64,000 nucleotides of DNA from a bacterium (GTDB lineage Bacteria; Zixibacteria; MSB-5A5; GN15; FEB-12): assembly GCA_043811375.1 (NCBI GenBank), contig JBDRNJ010000057.1, forward strand, positions 12,452-76,451, in the 5' to 3' direction. The stretch's first letter is position 1; each line of letters opens with the position of its first letter. The translations under genes and the position numbers were made by a program. The notes under the pieces are model-generated. The model saw only the letters and a program-made list of their open reading frames with translations, did no database searches and was not told the DNA's origin. Shown here one piece after another: positions 19,301 through 28,237 of this stretch.

Positions 19301-19644
19301 ACCGATGGCAAATCTGGAAGGTTGTCCGGATCGTGCACAAGATGGCGAAGTGTGATAAGAGTATGAGTCTTACCACCGCCGTAAGTCAATTCGAGCTGGC
19401 GAATGGCTTTGTCGTTCTTGCCGGCTACCCGAAGAACAACATCTCGTACAAGCTGACGCAGATTATAAGTCGGGTATGTGAGGGCAAAGAACTCTTTTGG
19501 ATCCTCATAGACCTTCCGCTTGCCACTCTGCATCATGACCTCGTAGAGATCAGCGGCAAACATATTCAGCGTGAGCTTGCCTGATCTCAGCTCATCCCGC
19601 AGCTTTACTACTTCGTGCCAACTTTTCCAAGGTAACTTTGCCAT
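16321..19644 (-). CDS. DUF499-family AAA+ ATPase of a restriction-like (BREX-related) system
   Basis: N-terminal FAADL...FFALTYPT, Walker A YGGGKTH, Walker B LILIDE, SYPFHP, FQRARGVLR, YRNAVLLL. Confidence 0.88.
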   Translation of the reverse strand: MAKLPWKSWHEVVKLRDELRSGKLTLNMFAADLYEVMMQSGKRKVYEDPKEFFALTYPTYNLRQLVRDVVLRVAGKNDKAIRQLELTYGGGKTHTLITLRHLVHDPDNLPDLPSVAEFKEAIGQPLPKARVVALCFDKLDVEKGMSVVGSDGKVRTLKHPWSILAYQLAGDDGLKLLHPEEKAEERESAPAENLLLELLEIPTKDGLGVLILIDEVLVYVREKAGMDRQWQDRIVNFFQYLTQAAAKVDRCCIVASLLASDPKKADAFGRQLQGDLYDIFQRQREEAVEPVVKEDVAELLRRRFFTPESLKDKEVFRQHVQAALKGIFAVDEQTAKQGAEAEERFVKSYPFHPDLTEVFYTKWTQLDRFQRARGVLRTFALALRGAEKWDQSPIVGPAVFLNAPDREGIAEATRELVTIADTEGHEGKKQAWTGIIEGELLRARDIQKEAVGLPFREIEQAVMATFLHSQPIGQSVRTRDLVLLLGPTRPDKIELEKGLKRWAQVSHWLDDRYTGVNENELPNTWRLGNRPNLVQMHNVAASRISDDIVRARLLDEIGKAKSLVSGASAAGVKVHNLPARPRDIEDDGHFHYAVLGPSAASDSGKPSPEAKRFLDETTGSDKPRVYRNAVLLLTPSHDGVDVASLRVREHLAWEQVYGELKEQEKEGDLDPARMQSLTINIQKAKGRVPESIKQAYCIVVTVSEKDETQAFKINVTEELHFSIVKNDQRSRVQDSAITAEALLPDGPYDLWREGETSRRVKDLSGAFAQLPHLPKMLQARAILDTLVDGCEQGSFVLRLTRPDGSFRTWWFVRPDENALSDPALELVLSEAAELADVPSYLLIKDKLPGLWPTDEIQVRDVTDYFGGSNMVQVQRNGYQEPMHIPKASQEAVESAVSAAVEAGSLWLLNGPASILAEEIPSGILTAEAKLHMPPSPPPAAEILPENLPGGWKDNKATAFSIATAVSQKIGQNLPWKTVKDVISASINARWIELGDGSTEWPCDYANAQSVKLQVAAGAGAGAGGTGGVGRAGVPSKSLVAAAELEPSQIQDLGDIIPQLLEIKTKSNIPLQFRVQITFGDGKEVPPEEATKEINKLLEDLKDGFKLQ

Positions 19645-19645
19645 A

Positions 19646-22600
19646 TCAATTATCTCCTAAACCCATTGGGTAATGAATGTCTTTCGGTGCACCTTTTGCC
19701 TGAACATGGTTACTGAGGCTTTCCAGTATCGAGCGTTCCGAAGAGCCTTCCGGTGAAAGTTCGATAAACGATTGGAGTAGTCGCTTGAAAAGCTCTTGCC
19801 TTCGAAGTCCATTGTCATCAATGTAGTCATCTACTTTCTGAACATCCCCCGCCTTCCAAAGGTGCATGAGACGATGTATCCGATCTATTAGGGGCACAGG
19901 CTTCCCAGCGGGGGCCTCGTATCCCATTGTACGCCCCTTTCGATGTGCCCAAGTCTTCAGCTTTACAGTGCTTCCTGATCCGGATTCCGAATCAGACTCC
20001 GCATCGGGATCACTGTTCTCTTCATCATCATTGGATGACGCTTTGCCACCAGTTCGTGCAAGTAAATCCCAAGTCGTTTCAAGATCGCGATCGGATAGTC
20101 CACAAGAGACTGCGTATAAGATACAGGTTCCGGATGGCGCCTCTTCCATACCAAAATCATGCCGATGCAAGAGATAATATGCAGTTGGTTCATCGAGTCT
20201 ATCCACCGCGGCCATATCCGCCCCCTGGCTATCGCCAGCCAAAACTTGCCCGACGACAAAATCAACTACCATCCGGCGCACGTGATTTAAGAACTCGCCA
20301 ACAGTCATTACCTCACCTGGTGAATTTGCTTTCTTAACAATGGGATGCTTACTATAAGCCTCCATCGCAGGCCCTGTTGCAGCCCAAACGAAGTCCGGGC
20401 CTCTGATTCCGGCATCCCAAAATTCACGGAGATTCTCAGTAATGTTGTATCGCATTTCCTCAAGCACTTTATTGTCCCAACCTGGTTTTGCCTCAATGGG
20501 TCTCTTTTTGCAGACAAGCCAAACCGACGATGCAAGGGATGCTGTGGTAATTGCATTGGTCCTCACTCCACGCTCAGTCTGAATTGGCCAGCTTCCATTG
20601 ACTACGAATCCCGCCTTGATAATTGACCCTGCCAACGCCTCCCACGCGTCAGGCTGCTTATGCGCAAACACGACAACCATTCTGCCATGTGCAGACAGAG
20701 CATTATTACAGACATTAAACGCTTTGGCCATTCCTTCTTCATAGGCTCGTTTAGATTGCTTGCGATTGCCTTCATAAGCACCAGGATCGTCGATCAACTC
20801 TCCATCTGCTTCTGATGCATCCCAATTGGGACTTAGTTCAATATTGTTCTCAGATTCTGAATCATTGTCCCTGTGAGACGTCCGTTTCATCCAGACGTAA
20901 AAGAAATCCATCAAATCAGCGTATGGTATGGCGTCGTAATAGGGTGGATCAGTGAATACGAAGTCGGCTTGTTTTTGATTACGATATTTTAGCACCGATC
21001 TACAATCGACATTACAAACTGAAGATTGTTTGGTTGCCTCGAGGATATTTGATAATGCCATTACGGTCCATTCAAGAGCTCCCAAGAAACATCCAGCAGA
21101 GTTACCGATGGGGTTTGTTTCACAGAAATCCCAAGTCCATGAAAATGCAAACCTCGCAAATGTTCCTCGAATGGCTTCGAGACCAAGTATCCAAGTCGCC
21201 AAAGCACTTCCGTAGTCAGCTGTTTTGTCAATAATTAGAGTAAGGTATTTTTCTATTGCTTCGTTCCAGTCTTTCGAATAACCGCAATCGCTTCTTTCAT
21301 TTTGTGAATCCCGGACGCTTTTCAATAGGGCAGCCAAAGCAAGAAGTTGCCGATTTGTAAATAGCTCTCGCCAAGTCTTAAGCCCGTAACCAGGTAATTG
21401 TGAACCTACCGCCCTATGTCGGTCTGCGCTTGGGAGCGGTTCGTCCGGGACTCCATACGGAATATGAGAGTAGGCATTTTCAATGTGCTGGTCACTTACA
21501 ACAGCAACATCTATCTCGTGCTCCGTGAACCGCCGATACTCCTTCCCATTATTACCATTCACAACTACCGCAAGGGGGATTGTACCCATAGCTTTGTTCC
21601 GACCAATTACCTTCATATCCTGAGTTGTCATGATCGTGCCGCAGCAAGGACACTTAGTACCAGATCGCGACATTGTCCCCGACCCTATTCGCTTGTCATG
21701 TTCTCGCTTCTGAGCAGCATTACCGCCCTTTATTGGCACATTCTGATTGATGCTAAAGGTGACACCGGTGTTATCGTTGTTACGCTGCATTTCAAGCAAT
21801 ACCCGTTTCCTGTCCTTCTTGCAAAGCCAGAGTGTTTTGAGGAGTGGGATTTCTGCGCGACAGTTCTTACACGTCACTGTTCGAGCCCAAAGATACGCCA
21901 CTGGCGGCTTAGACACCCATCTGGGATTTTTCTTATCCTCCAAGTACTTTTTGTCAAATCGTTCATTCAACGAGTCTATATCAGTCGTACCATCATCCTT
22001 TAGTGGGACCAGCTTCATGGACTGCTTTTCGTAGGGTTTGGCTTTCTTCTTATCCAACGGCTCGAAATCCGCATATGTCGGGTAATACTCTACGAGTTCC
22101 TGGCGCGCCTGGGACAACACCCAATGTCCCCATGCCCTCACATGCCAAGCCAAATCAGCCTTTGGTACACGTCCCGAATCTGGTCTGTCGAATAGACCAG
22201 GCTTGTTTTTTTCATTCTCGATCTGCTTTTTTGTCTTTCTTGTTCGATCTCGCAGGTGAGGATGAGCCCTGTAAAAGGCCTCCATAAAGTCATCATCTTC
22301 GAGGATGAAGACCGGTAAAGGGTGTGTTCTTCCGGCCAGTTTCTGGGGATATTCCAGAGTACACTTCAGGATGAACCACGCCACCGGATTTATATCTACA
22401 GCGGTCGCTTCGCACCCCAACCTCATCGCCTCAAGCGGAATCGCCCCACCACCAGCAAAGGGATCGAGCACCTTTGGTGCTCTGCCGTCATATGCTTCGC
22501 GTATCTTCTGCCTAAACCAAGCCAGATCCTCAGCATTCTCGGTCTCACGCTTCCAGTGAAGGATGCCGCCTTCGGTTTCTTCCTTGATCCTCTCAACGAC

Positions 22601-22867
22601 ACGCCCATTTGGCATGCGTTTCTTTTCGACCTTCTTAACGACTTTACCACCGATCTTCTCACACAACTTCTGCCGTTCCTCTGGCGTTCCAGGATCAGGC
22701 AACAACGTAGCAATCAGAGCCGCCCGGCAAGCTGCCAATGGGCGGCGCGCAGGCCAGATATGAAGGGTTGATATGTGTCCGTGACGAACATTCTTTTCAT
22801 GCACCGAATCAAGTGATGCCTGCTTCAGCGGAAAGGCATGCTCAATTAACCTTGGCTTATCTTCCAT
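19646..22867 (-). CDS. DUF1156-domain DNA adenine methyltransferase
   Basis: LHIWPARRPLAACRA (DUF1156), SAM motif DPFAGGGAIP, YLWARTVTC, catalytic DPPYYD. Confidence 0.9.
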   Translation of the reverse strand: MEDKPRLIEHAFPLKQASLDSVHEKNVRHGHISTLHIWPARRPLAACRAALIATLLPDPGTPEERQKLCEKIGGKVVKKVEKKRMPNGRVVERIKEETEGGILHWKRETENAEDLAWFRQKIREAYDGRAPKVLDPFAGGGAIPLEAMRLGCEATAVDINPVAWFILKCTLEYPQKLAGRTHPLPVFILEDDDFMEAFYRAHPHLRDRTRKTKKQIENEKNKPGLFDRPDSGRVPKADLAWHVRAWGHWVLSQARQELVEYYPTYADFEPLDKKKAKPYEKQSMKLVPLKDDGTTDIDSLNERFDKKYLEDKKNPRWVSKPPVAYLWARTVTCKNCRAEIPLLKTLWLCKKDRKRVLLEMQRNNDNTGVTFSINQNVPIKGGNAAQKREHDKRIGSGTMSRSGTKCPCCGTIMTTQDMKVIGRNKAMGTIPLAVVVNGNNGKEYRRFTEHEIDVAVVSDQHIENAYSHIPYGVPDEPLPSADRHRAVGSQLPGYGLKTWRELFTNRQLLALAALLKSVRDSQNERSDCGYSKDWNEAIEKYLTLIIDKTADYGSALATWILGLEAIRGTFARFAFSWTWDFCETNPIGNSAGCFLGALEWTVMALSNILEATKQSSVCNVDCRSVLKYRNQKQADFVFTDPPYYDAIPYADLMDFFYVWMKRTSHRDNDSESENNIELSPNWDASEADGELIDDPGAYEGNRKQSKRAYEEGMAKAFNVCNNALSAHGRMVVVFAHKQPDAWEALAGSIIKAGFVVNGSWPIQTERGVRTNAITTASLASSVWLVCKKRPIEAKPGWDNKVLEEMRYNITENLREFWDAGIRGPDFVWAATGPAMEAYSKHPIVKKANSPGEVMTVGEFLNHVRRMVVDFVVGQVLAGDSQGADMAAVDRLDEPTAYYLLHRHDFGMEEAPSGTCILYAVSCGLSDRDLETTWDLLARTGGKASSNDDEENSDPDAESDSESGSGSTVKLKTWAHRKGRTMGYEAPAGKPVPLIDRIHRLMHLWKAGDVQKVDDYIDDNGLRRQELFKRLLQSFIELSPEGSSERSILESLSNHVQAKGAPKDIHYPMGLGDN

Positions 22868-22883
22868 CTATAGTCTCCAGTTC

Positions 22884-25800
22884 CTATGATATTTCGCTTT
22901 CAGAAGCTTCCACAATCTGCTTTGCTCCGATCAACATGCTTCCTTTGTTTTTGGCAAGTAGTCGATCAAAGGGGTCCTGCACCCGAAGAAGACGCGGATT
23001 GGAGGTTGCACAATCGTAAACGACATAGAGCCAGTAGTTCTCTTTAAGATTGCAGGCTTTAGCCCACTCATTTGCCTTCATTTCGATCTCTCCCGAAGCC
23101 AAACGCCCTTTTACCTCCACAGCGATCTTGTCACCTGCAGGCGGTATCAGTAAGAGGTCAAATCCCGGGTGCGCGGGAAGACCGCCAGCTAGCGCGAGGT
23201 CTGGGGTGTGAACATCTACGACCGTTGCACCGGACGCTTCGGCATAGGCCCATGCCAACTGCATGGCAACTTTCTCTGTATTTGTATCAGACTGCTCGAT
23301 GTCCCTCGGATCACTGGAAGGCACTACCAGAGCATGTGCGATGAACTCGAGATCACCGTGCATTATCAATTCTGGTTCGCGTCTGAGTACAGTAATGGCA
23401 TTCTCTCGTCGCGACGACAGCTCTCTTTGTCGATCCTTGATCCGCGCGAGTTCTGTTGCGGCCGCCCGACTGCCACCTCGCGCTTTTTGGGACATTTTGG
23501 CTCTGGTGGTGGCAAGCTCCGACTCCTGGAAGTCAAAACCGCGAGCCATAAAGGCCTCGCGCTCGGGCAGTGATTCCAGCAACTTGTTTCGGTGTTCTAC
23601 TGCCATACTTCGGCCAACCCGTTCGGCAAGATATGCCTGTGCTTGTTCTTTGAATTTCTCGGCCGTTGCCGCTAAACGCTGCCCTTCCGCAGGTAACCCG
23701 TTGCCACCTTTGAGAATCATAAGGTGTTCGACAGGGCAGAGAGTTATCTCCGAGCCTTCCGACTGTTTGACTCCGACAAGGCGGCATTCAATAGTCTCGA
23801 GCTGTGAAAGTTCGGCAAGATCAGGATCGGCTTGTCGAATGACACTGAGCCTGGCTAGATGAAAGAGATACGGCTTGATTGTCGTCGGATCGACGAATAC
23901 CGCACCCCTGCTTGCATCCGAGCCAAGTTTCGCGTTCACAACTGTCCGAAACTGTTCAAACATTGGTTCGCCAGGATGCATCCAGATGCTTGACTTGCGA
24001 TCCTTCGGACGAACGACAGTAAGACGATCTCTCTGTGACTCTGAATAAGCTTCTAATGCTGGCATGAGAGGATCAACGGCACCATGTTGAGCTGGACCTA
24101 GCGTAAAGGTTTTCGCTAGGTCTCCTTCTACTTCCATATTGACTAGTGGCGCCGCAGATTGAATGAAGTTCCTGACGTAGCCGGGAAGCAATCTGTACAG
24201 AGTTTCCTGTCCCAAGTCCTCTCTCAGCCGGGGCAATTCCTTCTTTACATCACCACCGTCACCGTATATCTGCTTTTCCTTAAACGCCAACGCTATGACC
24301 TGTTCTTTAGTCAAACGGCCTTCGAGTTCCTCAGCAATACTATCAGCATCGCCAACCATAGCTCGTTCCATGTACTTCTTGATCGATATGTCCGAAAAAA
24401 CCCGACCGATGCTGTCGAACACCTTGTCTGACTTTAGTTCTTTCCTAATCTTCTCCAGCTTATCCAAGAGCGTCTTGAGTACCTTACCCTCACGGGTCGA
24501 CGGCGCGACGAGGTTCAAGATAATGACCGGATCGTGATCTTGACCATATCTGTGGATGCGTCCCATACGCTGTTCCAGGCGTGCTGGATTCCACGGCACA
24601 TCATAATTGATCATGATCCAGCAGAACTGGAGGTTGATACCTTCACCAGCCGCATCCGTGCAGACCAGGAATCGGGCGCCACCCTCTTCCAGCGATGAGC
24701 GGAAACGCTCAACTTGTTCTTCGCGCTCTGCGTAATGCATGCCCCCATGAATTTGGGCTATCTGGCCAGTGTAGCCAAGGCCTTCGAGGCGACGCACAAG
24801 AAACTGAAGCGTATCTCTATGCTCAGTAAAAACGATCAGTTTCTCTTCACGGAATTTCTTGTCAGTAATGACCTCGCGTAGCCGATCAAACTTTGACTCC
24901 TGGCCTGCGTCGTACACTTGCTGAGCGAGATCACGCAGCCGTTCTACTTCTTCTCTTTCAGCTTCCAGGTCTGCGAGAGATGCCGCCACCACTCCTCTCA
25001 GTAGTTTGTCCTCGGCAATCTCGTTTTCTTCCCGATCTTGATCCGTAGATTCATCGTCTGCCGTCTTGGATTCGAAAATGTCATCCGAATCTGACAACGC
25101 TCTTTGCATTTTAAGAAGCTCTTCAAAGGAGAACTTGCCCTGCTGAACATCACTAATGATGTTTTCAAGTTTCTCTTTTCTTCTTTCAAAGGAGCAGAGG
25201 AGCGCAAATGTAGAACTAGCCAATCGACGCTGGAAGACACCCATCGCTAGCTGAGCTGCTGACTGGTTTAACATCTGCGCGCGGTTGTATACATTGCGTA
25301 AGTACTCTGTAGTTTCATCATATAGCCGCTGCTCACTTACCTCACCCTGTGTTAGGTCGAACCCGAGTGTATCGGATATCCTCTTTGGATAAAGCGGCTT
25401 CCCATCTAGATGAACCATCTCCTCCTTCGTGCGACGAATGAAGTATATCTGCCTCCTATCAGGAGGAAATCGATCGAAAGCATCCATTGTGCCTAGTATG
25501 TCCGGCTCCAGGAGACGCCATAGGGCATAGTAGGGATACTCTTTACCCATATGGGGGGTGGCGGTCAGCAATAACAGGTGATGCGTATGCCAATGTAGCC
25601 GCCAATCAGGATCAGCGGTTTCAACGCCGGCAATGGCTTCGGCTAGTCTGTAGCGATCAGTTTTAGTAACACGAAGATCCTTACCTCGGCTGCTGGACAA
25701 CTTATGGGCCTCGTCAAAAACGACCAAATCGTAGGGCTGGGTATTGGATTCTTGCAATCGGGCAAAGACACGGTTACTGGTCATCGTGTCCACGCTGACG

Positions 25801-26453
25801 ATCAGCCTCTCACTGCCATTGCCCATGAATGGGTTGGCTTTTGCTGCATCCGAACCACTAATAATATTGAAATCCAGATTGAAGAGAGTGGAAAGCTCGC
25901 GCCGCCAGTTTCCAACTAAGCCGGCTGGTGGCACAATCAGTATCCGGCGTAAAAGGCGTCGAGTGAGCATCTCTCTGATGTACAAACCGGACATGATCGT
26001 CTTACCTGCGCCAGCGTCATCAGCAAGCAGAAAACGGAGGCGTGCCTGGTGCAACATGTGGTCATAGACGGCGATTCGCTGATGCGGCAAAGGATCTATA
26101 TTTGCAATCTCAGTGGCAAAGGCAGGGTTGACCAAATGACCGAATGACAATCGTTCCCCCTCCACATACGCTTGAACCGCGTCAGGCTTCGCGGTAAAGT
26201 CTAGCCGGTCTTGAGCCTCTTGCGAATGGGGCTCTTCTATATACGGAGCTTCATCTTCTCCGCGTTCGTCGGCGAGCTTGAGTAGCTGACTCCAGGAAAG
26301 CTGCGAAGGGCGAGATTTGCCATTCTCCCATCTATTGATCGTTGGGAAAGACACCCCAAGCTCTTCGGCCAGTGCCACCTGGGTGAAACCGAGCTTGGCC
26401 CGAATTTGCTTGACCTTGGTTGGATAATCATCTCCTGGCAAAACTTCCGGCAT
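22884..26453 (-). CDS. XRE-HTH + SNF2 helicase + C-terminal DUF3883 (PD-(D/E)XK-like) nuclease
   Basis: N-terminal TQVALAEELGVSFPTINRWENG (HTH), LLADDAGAGKT, DEAH, TATPH, EGINLQ, QRMGRIHR, and C-terminal GFD...EVKGR...NEW...YWLYVV. Confidence 0.9.
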   Translation of the reverse strand: MPEVLPGDDYPTKVKQIRAKLGFTQVALAEELGVSFPTINRWENGKSRPSQLSWSQLLKLADERGEDEAPYIEEPHSQEAQDRLDFTAKPDAVQAYVEGERLSFGHLVNPAFATEIANIDPLPHQRIAVYDHMLHQARLRFLLADDAGAGKTIMSGLYIREMLTRRLLRRILIVPPAGLVGNWRRELSTLFNLDFNIISGSDAAKANPFMGNGSERLIVSVDTMTSNRVFARLQESNTQPYDLVVFDEAHKLSSSRGKDLRVTKTDRYRLAEAIAGVETADPDWRLHWHTHHLLLLTATPHMGKEYPYYALWRLLEPDILGTMDAFDRFPPDRRQIYFIRRTKEEMVHLDGKPLYPKRISDTLGFDLTQGEVSEQRLYDETTEYLRNVYNRAQMLNQSAAQLAMGVFQRRLASSTFALLCSFERRKEKLENIISDVQQGKFSFEELLKMQRALSDSDDIFESKTADDESTDQDREENEIAEDKLLRGVVAASLADLEAEREEVERLRDLAQQVYDAGQESKFDRLREVITDKKFREEKLIVFTEHRDTLQFLVRRLEGLGYTGQIAQIHGGMHYAEREEQVERFRSSLEEGGARFLVCTDAAGEGINLQFCWIMINYDVPWNPARLEQRMGRIHRYGQDHDPVIILNLVAPSTREGKVLKTLLDKLEKIRKELKSDKVFDSIGRVFSDISIKKYMERAMVGDADSIAEELEGRLTKEQVIALAFKEKQIYGDGGDVKKELPRLREDLGQETLYRLLPGYVRNFIQSAAPLVNMEVEGDLAKTFTLGPAQHGAVDPLMPALEAYSESQRDRLTVVRPKDRKSSIWMHPGEPMFEQFRTVVNAKLGSDASRGAVFVDPTTIKPYLFHLARLSVIRQADPDLAELSQLETIECRLVGVKQSEGSEITLCPVEHLMILKGGNGLPAEGQRLAATAEKFKEQAQAYLAERVGRSMAVEHRNKLLESLPEREAFMARGFDFQESELATTRAKMSQKARGGSRAAATELARIKDRQRELSSRRENAITVLRREPELIMHGDLEFIAHALVVPSSDPRDIEQSDTNTEKVAMQLAWAYAEASGATVVDVHTPDLALAGGLPAHPGFDLLLIPPAGDKIAVEVKGRLASGEIEMKANEWAKACNLKENYWLYVVYDCATSNPRLLRVQDPFDRLLAKNKGSMLIGAKQIVEASESEIS

Positions 26454-26512
26454 CCATATCTCCTAGGTTTATTTTTTCTTCTTATGACACATCGCGTGCT
26501 CATTTTGTTTTC

Positions 26513-26541
26513 AGTATATCATATGATATATTGGACGTAAA
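26513..26541 (-). promoter_or_regulatory. Promoter of the defence operon overlapped by a 16-bp perfect palindrome (candidate operator)
   Basis: Minus strand: TTTACG, 17 bp, TATACT, preceded by TGn (extended -10). Palindrome TATATCATATGATATA at 26515-26530. Confidence 0.7.
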
Positions 26542-26811
26542 GCGCTTTTTTCGAGTTTCTGTCGTTTCCTGAGCTGAAATGCGAATGGATCACAAAGTGC
26601 GTCGTAAGGCATTGATATGTTATTACTTAACGACATCCAGGTGGCCTGCCCCCCGAATATCGATCCAGTTTGAGAGGTAGTATGTTGGGCTGGATCGAGG
26701 AAGGAGGCGGTGACGGGTCGGAAGCGTTACACCGTAGAATCTATTGTTTGGATGCTTCATGACGTCAGTGTAGCTTTGGCATGGCAGTAAGGTTAACTGA
26801 AGTGGAGCGGG

Positions 26812-27579
26812 ATGTTACACTATCGAGACAGTCATGTGAGAGATAAACTGGTCGAGAGGGGAAGCACCCTTTTCAAGGCACCTAAGCGACCCATACAGTT
26901 TACAAAGGTCGTTCCAGCCGATGAGCTTCTAAACGACTTAGTGAAGTTCCCTCATGCGTTCGTACTGGCCTGTATAATGGATCAGCAGGTCAAGGCGGAG
27001 AGGGCTTGGCTGGTTCCTTACAAGATCTCTTCACAACTTGGGGGCTTCACTTTGGACCTTCTGCGTCCACTTGATGAACCTGACATAAATAGGCTCATGC
27101 GAAAGCCGGAGATATTGCATCGGTTCGTTGACAGGATGAGTAGGTTCTTCTACTTAGCGATTCGCAGGATTGACTACCAATATGGAGGAGATGCTTCACA
27201 AGTCTGGAGCAGCAATCCGTCAAGCGCGGAAGTGGTCTATCGGTTCCTGCAATTTGATGGTGTAGGGCCGAAAATCGCTTGCATGGCAGCCAATATCCTC
27301 GCGCGAGAAATGAAAGTCCCTATGCACGACTACTTCTCTATTGATATTTCAGCGGACATACACGTCCGAAGGGTGTTCTCACGACTTGGGCTGTGTCCTT
27401 CTGATTCGTCAGTAGAGCAGGTCATCTATAAGGCTCGATCATTGTACCCTGAATTCCCGGGAATAATGGATCTGCCGAGTTGGGAGATCGGTCGGAATTG
27501 GTGCAAGTCCCGCCAGCCGCGTTGTGATGAATGTTATATGAGTGACATGTGCCCGACGGCAAACTCTGTACAGGCCTGA
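26812..27579 (+). CDS. HhH-GPD DNA glycosylase (endonuclease III-like) with C-terminal 4Fe-4S motif
   Basis: HhH FDGVGPKIA, catalytic Asp in ADIHVRRVFSRLG, and C-X6-C-X2-C-X5-C (CKSRQPRCDECYMSDMC). Confidence 0.87.
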   Translation: MLHYRDSHVRDKLVERGSTLFKAPKRPIQFTKVVPADELLNDLVKFPHAFVLACIMDQQVKAERAWLVPYKISSQLGGFTLDLLRPLDEPDINRLMRKPEILHRFVDRMSRFFYLAIRRIDYQYGGDASQVWSSNPSSAEVVYRFLQFDGVGPKIACMAANILAREMKVPMHDYFSIDISADIHVRRVFSRLGLCPSDSSVEQVIYKARSLYPEFPGIMDLPSWEIGRNWCKSRQPRCDECYMSDMCPTANSVQA

Positions 27580-28237
27580 GACGGTGTGCTGAGGTGGGAG
27601 TCTACTCATCTGGTCTGATGACCATAGAACTGTGGGAACATCACCAATGTGAAACCATCAAACCTCTCAACGCCGAACACACGGACTTTCGCAGTCCGGT
27701 CTCGGTGGAACGACTAATCGTCCTCCCTTGGTTGCGTAATAACAAGTACTTCGGATTTACGGCGAACTCTTCTGCTGACGATTCGGACGATCCACTATTG
27801 ATTCATCAGCACAGGCAGTTTGATATAACCGGATTAATGGTGCACAAAACCGCCACCGCACCGCCAAGAACGTTATGCATTGTTGGCACTCCGCCCCGCG
27901 GTTTCCCTGGCTCGTTTCTCAGTGTCCCGACAAATGCACCGGGAAAGATTCCAGTGGTGTTGGGGGATGTTATTGTGATATAGCACCTTACGCAACAAAT
28001 CCGACTATTCGGTAGATTGCACTTTTAATACTTGCCAATGAGTATTCTGAGTACCATTATAGGTAAATGTTGGAGTTCTTGCATACTTCCGGCGGACTCG
28101 ATTGCTGTCTTAGTCCGATCGGAAACGAGCGAGTATGCCTTGGAGAAACGCTCCCAACGTCTCTAGTGGCTGCTATGAGGAGTGGGGAGGCGTGCCCCAA
28201 GCTGCCGTGCAATGGAGCATTACAGGAGCCATAATGC

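Noticed and set aside
27549..27983. 144-aa ORF after the glycosylase
   Set aside because: No RBS or motif, and it overlaps the upstream gene end; probably non-coding.
28067..28234. 55-codon Cys-rich ORF (MLEFLHTSGG...) before the kinase, considered as a peptide signal
   Set aside because: No convincing RBS, leader motif or processing gene, so it cannot be supported.
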